DNA from: an uncultured delta proteobacterium
GTDB lineage: Bacteria > Myxococcota > B64-G9
Reading direction: 5' to 3'
DNA length: 64,000 nt
NCBI GenBank assembly: GCA_963754925.1
Contig: CAVWHX010000003.1
Location: forward strand, 192,001 to 256,000
Below the pieces are notes generated by a model. It worked only from the letters and a program-made list of their open reading frames with translations. It did no database searches and was not told where the DNA came from. The translations under genes and the position numbers were made by a program. Positions 20,105-29,621 of this stretch are shown piece after piece; the first letter of the stretch is position 1, and every line of letters starts with the position of its first letter.

Positions 20105-20707
20105 CTATGACCACGTTACATCGAAAACTGCTATGTGATCTTTTCCGGAATGTTTGGTCAGGGTGACCATTGGCAAGATGTTAGCGGTCCTCAGGGTGGC
20201 GTAGATGGCGCCCGCGACAGTCAAAAGATACGCCCGGTTGTCAGCTATAATTTCGGGCAAATGATTAATGGTGATTACAAGGTGTTTGGGAGACGGGTTG
20301 AATAATAGCATCTCACCGCAATTTTTGTAGACGAGTTTCCAAAATTGGGAGGTCAAGGTTGCCATGGTCGTGGGTTGCATTTTCAATAGACGCAGAGAAG
20401 AAACTAATAAGCGACCTAAAGTAGAATTGTCCATACTCCGACCAAAAGATTCCTTCGACAAACGGAACGCACCATCCTCCCCCGTACAGGAGGAAATATG
20501 ATTGTTGATTTCAACAGCAAGCGCCACGGGCACCCAGTCGTGACCCTTACCCTCATACAGTTTAGAAAGAATTTGAGAAGGTATTTTTTCTAATATCTTG
20601 CGATATATTTCTCTACCAAAAACGCGCTCGGCGGTTTCCAGTCGTTTGATGATTTGACTGCGGCGCATGACTGGGAGACTTTCGGCAACAAATTCGCCGA
20701 TTGGCAT
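20105..20707 (-). CDS. TIGR02265/DUF2378-like protein, paralogue 3 (divergent)
   Basis: FGREIYRKILEKIP...DWVPVALA...C-terminal FDVTW; similar size and layout to the other paralogues. Confidence 0.5.
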   Translation of the reverse strand: MPIGEFVAESLPVMRRSQIIKRLETAERVFGREIYRKILEKIPSQILSKLYEGKGHDWVPVALAVEINNHISSCTGEDGAFRLSKESFGRSMDNSTLGRLLVSSLRLLKMQPTTMATLTSQFWKLVYKNCGEMLLFNPSPKHLVITINHLPEIIADNRAYLLTVAGAIYATLRTANILPMVTLTKHSGKDHIAVFDVTWS

Positions 20708-20835
20708 ATGCAACCCCCCTTTTTGTAATCCTAACACTAACATTTTTTAGAGAAGCTTCCAACAAAAGATCCGCTCCTACCCATCCTGCTTACCCCAAAA
20801 CAGGTGCGAAATAGGTGCCAGCCTCATGAATCCCC

Positions 20836-20901
20836 AAAACATGTGTCACCCGTTTATAATACTATTTTATTACAATTGGTTGCGGATCGGGTGGCACCTA
20901 G
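20836..20901 (+). repeat. Hairpin repeat family B, copy 4
   Basis: AAAACATGTGTCACCCGTTTATAATACTATTTTATTACAATTGGTTGCGGATCGGGTGGCACCTAG. Confidence 0.85.
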
Positions 20902-20925
20902 GGCTAGGGCCAGTGAATTATTTTT

Positions 20926-20956
20926 GATGGGTTACGCTTCGCTTCACCCATCCTAC
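20926..20956 (-). repeat. GTAG-type REP palindrome, copy 3
   Basis: GTAGGATGGGTGAAGCGAAGCGTAACCCATC; a half copy lies at ~20772-20789. Confidence 0.85.
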
Positions 20957-20983
20957 CCACCTAAGACAGTGGTAGGGAACAAG

Positions 20984-21535
20984 ATGTTTTCATTGACCAG
21001 AATGGCATGCATGATGGCGTTGGCCATGATATGTTTCCATTGTCAGAACAAGGAATCGACAATGGATAAAAGAGATGTCCCTGCATTCCGCGAGCTTCGG
21101 AGCCGGGTCTTCAGCTTGAATCCTGAAAAACTTGGGATCTCCATCACTAACAAAAACGCGGTCTTTGGCGTGGTCATGGATACCGGCTATTCGGTCGGCT
21201 GGGCCACGTTAGTCGCCTTTGCAGACGGCACCGCCAGTCTCTATCTTTCCAACGGAGGTGGCGTCATGGGAGGCGCGGCCCACGAAACAGTATGTAAGGC
21301 TGCGATCGCCATGACCAAAGCGGCAGATAGGTATGTGGATCAAACCACAATCACCGAGTCTACCCCGCTGCCAACGTCTGGAAACGTAACCTTTTACCTT
21401 CTCACGACAAACGTAATTCGAGCGGCAACAGCCAAAGAAGATGACTTGGGAGAACAGCGGCACGCTCTCTCTCCGCTCTTCAATGCCGGCCAAGAGGTAA
21501 TCACACAACTCAGGCTCATATCAGAGAATAAATGA
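20984..21535 (+). CDS. Conserved hypothetical exported protein
   Basis: Signal-like N-terminus; GVVMDTGY...ATLVAFADGTASLYLSNGGGVMGG. Confidence 0.7.
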   Translation: MFSLTRMACMMALAMICFHCQNKESTMDKRDVPAFRELRSRVFSLNPEKLGISITNKNAVFGVVMDTGYSVGWATLVAFADGTASLYLSNGGGVMGGAAHETVCKAAIAMTKAADRYVDQTTITESTPLPTSGNVTFYLLTTNVIRAATAKEDDLGEQRHALSPLFNAGQEVITQLRLISENK

Positions 21536-21567
21536 AACATCGAATCATTGCTTGCAGTCGAAGTTTT

Positions 21568-21598
21568 GATGGGTTGCGCTTCGTGCCACCCATTCGTG
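21568..21598 (-). repeat. GTAG-type REP palindrome, copy 4 (degenerate)
   Basis: + strand GATGGGTTGCGCTTCGTGCCACCCATTCGTG. Confidence 0.65.
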
Positions 21599-21659
21599 CC
21601 CTTGAGTGAAGAATTACACCTTCACCTCCCGGCACTGAAATCGCGCTTTTTTCGACATC

Positions 21660-21917
21660 CTAACCGGTGCGTAGTTTTTTTGCACGTCCAGCCGAGCGCT
21701 TTCGCAGGTTAGCTGATTTTTGAGCAACATGGATAAGCGATCTGAGCGCCTCATTGACCGCTTCCTCGGTAGTGAAGACTTTTGCCACGTCAGGACTGAG
21801 AAGCACTAGATTTGTGCCTTTTTGGTAAGATTCAAAATACTTGCCGCGAATTCCCTTGCCTAAGTCTTCCCGCCGGTACTCAGGACGAAGTTCATCGGAT
21901 TTTTTAGCCTTCTTCAT
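21660..21917 (-). CDS. BrnA-like antitoxin
   Basis: DELRPEYRREDLGKGIRGKY...VLLSPDVAKVF.TEEAVNEALRSL; overlaps brnT. Confidence 0.8.
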   Translation of the reverse strand: MKKAKKSDELRPEYRREDLGKGIRGKYFESYQKGTNLVLLSPDVAKVFTTEEAVNEALRSLIHVAQKSANLRKRSAGRAKKLRTG

Positions 21918-22176
21918 AGATTTCCCTCTCTTTGCGGCTCATAAGACGCGCACTTATAATTCTTGTTCGGCCTTCACGCTCCGAATGAGAGACAACGAGT
22001 AACCGCTTTCGACCTGACAGCCCAAAAGTAATATATCGTTCTTCATTTGTGGAGCGATCCGGGTCTTCAAACGTAATAGCCAAGGGATCCCCAAATACCG
22101 CCGCTGCTTCCTTAAAGGTTACACCATGTTTTCTGGCATTTGTAACAGCTTTTTGAGGGTCCCACTCAAAATCCAT
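21904..22176 (-). CDS. brnT: BrnT-family toxin
   Basis: MDFEWDPQKAVTNARKHGVTFKEAAAVFGDP...EERYITFG...RIISAR. Confidence 0.93.
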   Translation of the reverse strand: MDFEWDPQKAVTNARKHGVTFKEAAAVFGDPLAITFEDPDRSTNEERYITFGLSGRKRLLVVSHSEREGRTRIISARLMSRKEREIYEEG

Positions 22177-22449
22177 ACCTGGCCTCCCGGTGGCATACTA
22201 TAACAGAAGTAGTACAAAATATTTGCAAGTTTTAATCCAAGGAGGTGCACACTTCGTCTTCTCTATCTCAAGTCGGTAATTCAAACTGAGTTTCGGATCG
22301 GTTAGCACCTCCGTAGGGGGCTCATAGATTGATACCTCCTTTTTTCCTCTCTTGAGAATAATCTTGAGGCAATTTGGCATGCTCATTATAATCCCCTGAT
22401 ACCGGGTTAGGCTAGCAGCGATAGCCAAAATCTTAAGGGACGGTGATGT

Positions 22450-23220
22450 ATGAAGATACAGCATATTCGAAATGCATGCATGATTATTCATTACCACGAG
22501 CATAGAATTTTAGTGGATCCCTGCCTAAACCGAAAAGGCACCTTGCCGCCGTATACCGTTTTCCGCAAGAAGCCTCGGCTTAACCCTATTGTCGATTTAC
22601 CCCCAAACTCGGAATCAGCATTAAATCAGATAACATCCGGACTCATTACCCATTGCCGCTATGGCCATTTTGATCATCTTGACAAATCGGGAGCTCGCCT
22701 GTTGGCGCAGAAACAGGTTCCGGTATATTGTAGCGAGCGCGATGAGCCGCATTTGAGACGACGCCGGATCAATACCATCCCCCTAAAAATTAACCAGAGA
22801 AATAAATTTCTGACGGGGAGTATTACCCCCTTTCCCACGGCGCATGGTTACGGTTTAATCGGTGCGTTCATGGGGCCGGGAACAGGATATTTTATTGAAC
22901 TGGCGGGAGAAAAAACTGTTTACATCAGCGGCGATACGGTACTGACTCAAACGGTTCGTCATGTACTCAAGGACCTTCGGCCTGATATTTCAATATTGAA
23001 TGCAGGAACGGCAACCCTGGATATCGGCAGACCCATTCTTATGCCTCTCAATGAGCAGCTGGATTTCATAAGAACCGCGCCGGGTACGGTCATTGCCGTG
23101 CATTTGGATGCCTTCAATCACTGTTTAACCAGCCGCGCCACTCTGAGAGAGGCTGTTTCAAAAGAAGGGTTATCCGATACCGTGGTGATTCCGAACGATG
23201 GGGAAATAATCGACTATTGA
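22450..23220 (+). CDS. MBL-fold metallo-hydrolase
   Basis: ILVDP, THCRYGHFDHLD (HxHxDH variant), AHG, YISGDT, VHLDAFNH. Confidence 0.85.
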   Translation: MKIQHIRNACMIIHYHEHRILVDPCLNRKGTLPPYTVFRKKPRLNPIVDLPPNSESALNQITSGLITHCRYGHFDHLDKSGARLLAQKQVPVYCSERDEPHLRRRRINTIPLKINQRNKFLTGSITPFPTAHGYGLIGAFMGPGTGYFIELAGEKTVYISGDTVLTQTVRHVLKDLRPDISILNAGTATLDIGRPILMPLNEQLDFIRTAPGTVIAVHLDAFNHCLTSRATLREAVSKEGLSDTVVIPNDGEIIDY

Positions 23221-23314
23221 AAAAAATAAATGTATACCGCAGATGCGGCTCGAGACTCTAATGAAAGTAGAAAACAGAGGCTGCGTTCCTATAACCAGAA
23301 CGAGGAGGTCTATC

Positions 23315-23791
23315 ATGAACCGGTACATGTCGCTTTTTCTTCCCGCCCTGTTTGGCCTAATCCTTCAAACGTCCTTGGCCCAAGCCAAGGAACCAGGACC
23401 GGAACCGGGAAAGTTTCTTCACGAACTCAACTTTACGCCGCAGCAACATAAACAAATGGCAGAGTTGAAGCTCGCCGAGAAGAAATTGGTTGCTCCGGCC
23501 AAAGCGGAACTGTCGATCAAAAAGTCGGAATTGAAAATCTTGTGGATGAGCGACACACCCAACCGCAAGGAACTATTGGCCAAACAAGATGAAATCGCCG
23601 CCCTCCACAAGAAGATCCAAGAGGCAAAAGTGGATTTCCGATTGGGCATGCTGAAAATTCTCACCCCCGAACAGCAGAAGAGAGTGCGTGAAATGATGTT
23701 TATGCGCCATCTTCGCAAGCACTTCGGAGCTCAAAAAGGTTGTGAAGGAGGTCCCGGCCATTTCGGCCATGACATGGGCGGAGAAATGTAA
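23315..23791 (+). CDS. Spy/CpxP-family periplasmic chaperone
   Basis: GAGGAGG RBS, signal peptide, two LTxxQ-type motifs (FTPQQ, LTPEQ). Confidence 0.8.
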   Translation: MNRYMSLFLPALFGLILQTSLAQAKEPGPEPGKFLHELNFTPQQHKQMAELKLAEKKLVAPAKAELSIKKSELKILWMSDTPNRKELLAKQDEIAALHKKIQEAKVDFRLGMLKILTPEQQKRVREMMFMRHLRKHFGAQKGCEGGPGHFGHDMGGEM

Positions 23792-23814
23792 TTACGGTCA
23801 CTACCTCTCATAAC

Positions 23815-23895
23815 GCAGTATCCCCCTTCCCTTCTTAGCGTATTTCTTTTCATCGTGGAAAATCTAACTTAGTACTCTTCAATGGGGGATACTGC
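23815..23895. repeat. Perfect 12-bp inverted repeat with 57-nt loop in the 3' UTR
   Basis: GCAGTATCCCCC (23815-23826) / GGGGGATACTGC (23884-23895). Confidence 0.8.
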
Positions 23896-24026
23896 TTCGC
23901 TTCCGTCCTTACTAACTATTTCATTTTTATCTGATCCATTTTTTGATAGGTTGTCGTGCCGCGAGCTTTTGTTTTCGGCTGCTTGGAACCGTAGTGGTCG
24001 GTGCTCGCCGTTGGTTTTTTTACTAG

Positions 24027-25074
24027 ATGAATCGTATGGACACAATCGACATTCGATCGCTTACGTTCGAACAACTCGAACACTGGATCACGCAGCGCCG
24101 TCAGCCTGCCTTCCACGGGCGCCAGATCTTTCGCTGGCTGCACGCCCGCTGTGCGGCCGTTTATGCCGAGATGAGCGACCTTTCAAAGACGTTGCGGGCC
24201 GAGCTCGAACGCGATGCGCCGCTGCGACCGATCGAGATCGTCGATGAAGTGCAGGCCGAGGACGGAACGATTAAGTTTGGTTTCAACCTCTCCGACGACC
24301 AAAAAATCGAAGGGGTCTTTATCCCTGAGGCGGAACGGCGGACGCTCTGCGTCTCCACCCAGGTCGGCTGCGGAATGGCATGCGCGTTTTGCGCCACGGG
24401 GTTAATGGGCTTGCGTCGTAATCTTTCGGCCGGCGAGATCGTGGGGCAGGTGGAAGCGGTGACGCGCAAACTGAAAGGACCGGATCGCGCCCATCCGATT
24501 AGCAATGTTGTCTTTATGGGCATGGGCGAGCCGCTCGCCAACCTTGAGGCGGTGATTGCCGCGGTGCAGATCCTGCTGAACCCCAACGGCATGGGCATTT
24601 CGCGCCGGCGCCTGACGGTATCCACGGCCGGCCTGGCGGACGCCATGGAGGAATTCGTTCAACGGGCGCCGGTTAAGCTTCGCGGTATCGCTCAACGCAA
24701 CCAACGATGAGCTGCGCGATCGGATTATGCCCATCAACCGGCGTTTTCCGATAGCCAAGGTGATCGAGAGCTGCCGCCGCCTGCCGCTCAAGCGCGGCGA
24801 ACGGATCACGTTTGAATACGTTCTCTTATGCGGCCAGAACGACAGCGCCGATCATGCGCGGCAATTGATCAGGCTCCTGCGCGGCATTCGAGCGAAGGTC
24901 AACCTCATCCCGTTCAACCCGTTTCCGGGGTTGCCGTTTGAGCGCCCCGACGAGGGCGTGGTAGAGGAATTTCGCCGCATCCTTGACGAAGCCGACGTGA
25001 GCGCTTTTATACGCCGCAGTCGCGGCGATTCCCTGCGGGCCGCCTGCGGTCAGTTGGTGGGGCAGGCTCGATGA
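24027..25074 (+). CDS. rlmN: 23S rRNA/tRNA adenine C2 methyltransferase RlmN, frameshifted near 24680
   Basis: CVSTQVGCGMACAFCATG, MGMGEPL, VNLIPFNP, AACGQL; removing one base at aagcttcgcg restores KLAVSLNATNDELR. Confidence 0.93.
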
Positions 25075-25158
25075 AAAAAGATTCGTTGGATTTAGGTGAA
25101 AGATGGCATACGGTGTCGCAAACCGGGAGACCTCAACAACCCATCCAGGGGAACGACC

Positions 25159-26019
25159 ATGAAGAAGGCAACGCTGGGCATCATTGGCGGCAGTGGGCTG
25201 TACGACATAGAAGGGCTTACCGGCACAAAGCTCAAAAAGATTGATACCCCGTTCGGCAAGCCTTCCGGCCCGTATTTAATCGGCGTATTGCAGGGCACGC
25301 CGGTCGTATTTCTGCCGAGGCACGGCCCCAAGCATACGCTGTTACCCTCGGAAATAAATTTTCGCGCGAACCTGCATGGTTTTCGCCAGCTCGGCGTGCG
25401 CCATTTGTTGTCGGTCTCGGCGGTGGGCAGCCTCAAGGAAACGATTCACCCAGGGGATCTGGTGTTGCCGACGCAGTTTTTCGATCGCACCAAGGATCGA
25501 CCAAGTACGTTTTTTGGCGATGGCGTGGTGGCGCACGTAGGGTTTGGCGATCCGGTGTGTCGGGTGATGGTGGAGATGATTGCTGCGATTCTGAAGCAGA
25601 TGGAGCTGCCTTTTCATCGTGGCGGCACCTATGTGTGTATGGAAGGACCGATGTTTTCGACTCGATCGGAATCGCTGTTCTATCGAAGCCTGGGCGCGGA
25701 TGTGATCGGCATGACCAATCTGCCCGAGGCAAAGCTCGCCCGCGAGGCGGAAATGTGTTACGCATCGCTGGCCCTCGCCACGGATTACGACTGTTGGCAT
25801 GTATCCGAGGAAAGCGTGTCGGCCGGCGCGGTCCTTGAAGTCATGCGCACCAACATCGCCAACACCCGGAAGGTCATACGGCAACTGGCGCAGGACTTTC
25901 CCCCGTCGCACCCCTGCGGCTGCCAGCGCGCCCTGGAAGGCGCAATGGTCACCAACGCGCGCAACATCCCGTTAAAGACCAAACAGCGATTGAAGTTGCT
26001 CGCTGGTCGCTTTTTTTGA
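25159..26019 (+). CDS. mtnP: S-methyl-5'-thioadenosine phosphorylase
   Basis: GIIGGSGLY, PRHG, EGPMFSTRSES, GMTNLPEAKLAREAE, TDYDCW. Confidence 0.93.
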   Translation: MKKATLGIIGGSGLYDIEGLTGTKLKKIDTPFGKPSGPYLIGVLQGTPVVFLPRHGPKHTLLPSEINFRANLHGFRQLGVRHLLSVSAVGSLKETIHPGDLVLPTQFFDRTKDRPSTFFGDGVVAHVGFGDPVCRVMVEMIAAILKQMELPFHRGGTYVCMEGPMFSTRSESLFYRSLGADVIGMTNLPEAKLAREAEMCYASLALATDYDCWHVSEESVSAGAVLEVMRTNIANTRKVIRQLAQDFPPSHPCGCQRALEGAMVTNARNIPLKTKQRLKLLAGRFF

Positions 26020-26318
26020 TATATTCTGAAGTCGGGGGATCGAATAACTCTAGGGGAAGTCAACCATGATACCCGCATGGTTTTTTGGCGTTTGATGCCG
26101 GGATGGTTGCCTATTTTTCTTGTCGGTTCTTGGGGTTCCTAACCATAAGAAATAATAGCACATTAGGCCAACAGGGGGCGCAACCGGGAGCAAAGATCTT
26201 GTCAAAGAATACGTTGGGTGTGATAATTAAAAGTTGAGAAAAATCAAAGTGCTGTTGCACCTGTTGAAATAGATCCGGTCGGCCGCGTTGGACGTATAAG
26301 TAGGTGAGGAACATTCGA

Positions 26319-28310
26319 ATGAAATTCAGATGTGATCAGTGCAACGCCCAATATATGATTGCGGATGAGAAAGTTGGCAAGAAAGGGGTCAAAGTCCGCT
26401 GCAAGAAGTGTGGTTTCGTCATCATCATTCGTCCTAACGTCGAGGATGAAGTCAAACCCACGATTGCCGAGGGTGATGAAGAAGATGACCAGGAGCTTGG
26501 ACAGTTTGCCAACAAGTTGCTGAATGACGGAGAGGATCAGGATGACGAGACCGATATGGATCGACAGTCCACGCGCTTGTTCAGCGTCGAGGAAATACGG
26601 CGCGTTCAGGCCGAGAGGGTCCAAGCTTCGTTAGAAGCCGTCGAGCGCCGAGAGATATCCACTATTGACCAGCAGAAACCGGCGGTTTTGGGGGACGAGC
26701 CAGACCTGGCGCGGCAAACCGACCATTCCAGCTTGCTGGCTGAAGGAGAACCAGAACGTTTGGAATGGTACGTCGCGATCAATGACCAACAAATTGGTCC
26801 GGTCAGCCTGGGCGAATTGTCCAAACGCAGAGAACGGGGAGAACTCGGTCCCGACACCTTGGTCTGGAAGGCCGGGTTGGATGATTGGATGCCGGTGAGG
26901 GCGTTGGATGAGCTGCACGACTTCATGACCACGCCGACGAGTAGTTCAGTCCCAGAAACGCAGCGTGGGGAGACCGCTCCCGATCAACAGGAGCCGATTC
27001 AAATCGGGTGGGTTGCCGAAGACGCTAAGAGTCCCGAGACGGTTGACTTTAGCGCTCGCGAGACGGCGTACGACACCGCCGTCGATCAAACATCCGCCTC
27101 AGAGTCGGTGGGGATGGATCTGGATTGGAAGCCGACGGCCATCTCGGTGCTGCGCTCTCTTGCCGATGAGGAGTTAGCCTCCTTACGGCCGATGGACCCG
27201 GAACCAGAAGTGGAAACGCCTCCCCCCGCAGAAACGTCCTCAACGGAAAAGGTCGAGGGAGCGCCGGCAGCGGGAGTCGGCGCGGGCGGCGGTTCGATCA
27301 TCGAACAGATCAAAGCCGAGGACGCCGCGGCGCTTCGGTCGGCCGAGCAAAAACACGCAGAGGCCGAGCCGCATGCGGCCGCGACCGCCGTCCCGGCGGC
27401 TCAAACGCCGCACCCGGATGAAAAAATCCCCGCTCGGCGGGGACCGATTCCGGAACGTCAGGCATATCCCCCGGAACCCTACCCTTCTCACCGAGCTTCA
27501 ATTCCTAATTGGTTGGTGGGGATGCTTGCAACCAGCGGTTTGGTAATCGTGATCTTGCTTGGCGTTATCGCCTACCGGCTCCTTGAGAGTCCGCGCACCC
27601 CGCCGTCGCCCATCGCGGAAAATCAGCCGTCGCCGCCGTCTGCGGGCATGCAACCTGCTTCGGCCGCTCCGAACGCGGGTCAACCCAACCAGCAACCCCC
27701 ACCGGCGGCTGGGTCCAGCGCGGTTGGTACTGCATCGAATCAACCGCCGCCCAACCTCGGCACGGCCAGCGCAGGAACGCAGCCTCTATCGCCAAACGAG
27801 GCTGGCGCCTCCCAGAAACTCATCACTATCGAGAAGGCGAGGAACCGTCCTGCAGCCCCGGCCAGGCCCCCCCGGGCGGCTGAAGATGCGCCAAAGGTCG
27901 CCGAACGAACCAAGACCCGTGAAGAACCGCCTCCGCCGACGCAAGATTCATCCCGGAACAAGGGAGATGTGCTCGACTTTGGCGATGAGGGGACCAAACC
28001 AATCGTCAAGGTGGCCGGGGACAAACCCAAGGAACTCCCGCCCCTCAGCAATGTGGACGTGATGGACGTGATGCGCAAACATATGTCTGAGTTTCAGGCC
28101 TGCAGTCAAAAAGACTCTTCGGTAAAAGGCAAGATGATGGTCAGTTTCGTCATCGTCAACGACGGCACCGTTTCCAAGGTTTCAACCCTTTCGGACGAGT
28201 TCAAGGGCTCTGGGTTTTCAGAATGCATCAGCGCGCTGATAAAGAACATTCGTTTCCCCAAATCCGGGGGTGAGCCGAAAACCGTACCGTTCCCGTTTAC
28301 CGTCAAATAA
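26319..28310 (+). CDS. GltJ/AgmX-like gliding-motility protein (Zn-ribbon, GYF_2, TM, TonB-C-like)
   Basis: CDQC...CKKC zinc finger; WYVAINDQQIGP...LVWKAGLDDW GYF_2; single TM; Pro-rich linker; C-terminal GKMMVSFVI...FPF. Confidence 0.8.
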   Translation: MKFRCDQCNAQYMIADEKVGKKGVKVRCKKCGFVIIIRPNVEDEVKPTIAEGDEEDDQELGQFANKLLNDGEDQDDETDMDRQSTRLFSVEEIRRVQAERVQASLEAVERREISTIDQQKPAVLGDEPDLARQTDHSSLLAEGEPERLEWYVAINDQQIGPVSLGELSKRRERGELGPDTLVWKAGLDDWMPVRALDELHDFMTTPTSSSVPETQRGETAPDQQEPIQIGWVAEDAKSPETVDFSARETAYDTAVDQTSASESVGMDLDWKPTAISVLRSLADEELASLRPMDPEPEVETPPPAETSSTEKVEGAPAAGVGAGGGSIIEQIKAEDAAALRSAEQKHAEAEPHAAATAVPAAQTPHPDEKIPARRGPIPERQAYPPEPYPSHRASIPNWLVGMLATSGLVIVILLGVIAYRLLESPRTPPSPIAENQPSPPSAGMQPASAAPNAGQPNQQPPPAAGSSAVGTASNQPPPNLGTASAGTQPLSPNEAGASQKLITIEKARNRPAAPARPPRAAEDAPKVAERTKTREEPPPPTQDSSRNKGDVLDFGDEGTKPIVKVAGDKPKELPPLSNVDVMDVMRKHMSEFQACSQKDSSVKGKMMVSFVIVNDGTVSKVSTLSDEFKGSGFSECISALIKNIRFPKSGGEPKTVPFPFTVK

Positions 28311-28322
28311 GAATAGTTCGAG

Positions 28323-29621
28323 TCAGAAAAGTATTATGCCGTCTCGCGTTACCGGTTGAGACTCAAGAATGGCCCGGCGGTGAGCTTGAATGCGCTCATC
28401 CGAAAGGTGCGTAAGCTCCTGGTTAATGGCTGGGTTACTCGCCACAAGCTCCTGGAAGTCGCCTCGCGAGAAAAACAGGAACTCTCCACCGCGCACCGCG
28501 TGAACCGTCATGTTCTTTGCCGTAGCGTTGACCAACGACATCTCGCCAAAGATTGATCCCTCCGAGAGATGGGCGACCTGGGGAGTGCTTGAGCCATCGA
28601 GCTTAGACACCTCAACCTCGCCGTTGATGATCATGTACAGTCCGGGGCAGACAGAACCCTTGCGGACAATCACCTCATCGGTGGGGATCCCGACCGACGT
28701 AAAACGATCAATAATCGCCTGGCGTTCGGCGGCCGAAAACGGCGCGAACACCGGTGACGTCAAGAGCACGTGGTTGATGAAGCGTTGGCGGATGAACTTC
28801 GCCGTCGCCCAAGTGACATCGTCGATGTCCTCGGCCAGCGCATCGATGTCTTCGCGTCGCAGGTGCAGCACGTCGCTTTCGCGTCGCGCGACCGCCTGAA
28901 CCGATCGTGGCAAATCTGCAACCAACGCCATTTCACCAAAGACCGATCCAGCCCCCAGGCGGGCCAGAATCTTCTCCTCCGGGCCCTGGCGCACCTCCAC
29001 CTCGCCATGCACCAGCAGGCACAGCGAGGCGGCCGGCTCTCCTACCTGAATTATCGTCTCATCCGGCCGGTAGGTTTGAAGATCGAGAACCTCGATCATG
29101 GGATAGAACGCCTCGGTCGAAAGCAGCGAAAACAGGGGAAGCGGCGGGACCATCCGCGGATAGCGAACGTCGTCAAACGTCTTGGCGAGTTGGGTGGCGC
29201 TGACGAGGAGTTTTTCGCGGCCTACCATCGGACCGCTGATTACCCGCTCGCCGTTGAGCTCCGAAGGCGGTTTTAACGGTTGCTGCTGATCGACCCGCTG
29301 TGACTCGAGGCCATAAAATTCAGCCAATAGTTTGAGGGAACTTCCAAAGCCAGCCTGCAAGGAGCTCGCGCGCGTGGTGGCATCGAGCGCTATCAGCGGA
29401 TAGCCGGCCTTGACGCAATGCACGGCGAGGGCCTTATAGACCTCGAAGGCTCGGTTGTAGTTCTTAAGAGCTTCGAGCACCCGCGCCACGTGCAGGCGAC
29501 TCCAGAGGTGTTCGGTATCGTGTTGAACGACCGTCGCGAAACCGGCCAAGGCCGCCTCAAACGCACCCGATAACCGATCCTGTTCCGCCTGTTTGAAGAT
29601 TTCGATCAACTTCTTCGACAT
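28323..29621 (-). CDS. TPR + tandem cyclic-nucleotide-binding domain protein
   Basis: Helical N-terminus; two cNMP domains (GSVFGEMAL...PRS; GSIFGEMSL). Confidence 0.85.
   Translation of the reverse strand: MSKKLIEIFKQAEQDRLSGAFEAALAGFATVVQHDTEHLWSRLHVARVLEALKNYNRAFEVYKALAVHCVKAGYPLIALDATTRASSLQAGFGSSLKLLAEFYGLESQRVDQQQPLKPPSELNGERVISGPMVGREKLLVSATQLAKTFDDVRYPRMVPPLPLFSLLSTEAFYPMIEVLDLQTYRPDETIIQVGEPAASLCLLVHGEVEVRQGPEEKILARLGAGSVFGEMALVADLPRSVQAVARRESDVLHLRREDIDALAEDIDDVTWATAKFIRQRFINHVLLTSPVFAPFSAAERQAIIDRFTSVGIPTDEVIVRKGSVCPGLYMIINGEVEVSKLDGSSTPQVAHLSEGSIFGEMSLVNATAKNMTVHAVRGGEFLFFSRGDFQELVASNPAINQELTHLSDERIQAHRRAILESQPVTRDGIILF

Noticed and set aside
19201..21598. 31-bp direct repeats as a CRISPR array
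   Set aside because: Spacing is hundreds of bp and irregular, whole genes intervene, no cas genes are present, and the sequence fits GTAG-type REPs
14726..22176. Intact integron or CALIN
   Set aside because: No intI, no attC with complementary RYYYAAC/GTTRRRY boxes, and mixed gene orientation
24670..24730. Programmed frameshift or split rlmN
   Set aside because: No slippery heptamer or long homopolymer; one of five similar single-base indels, so probably a sequencing error
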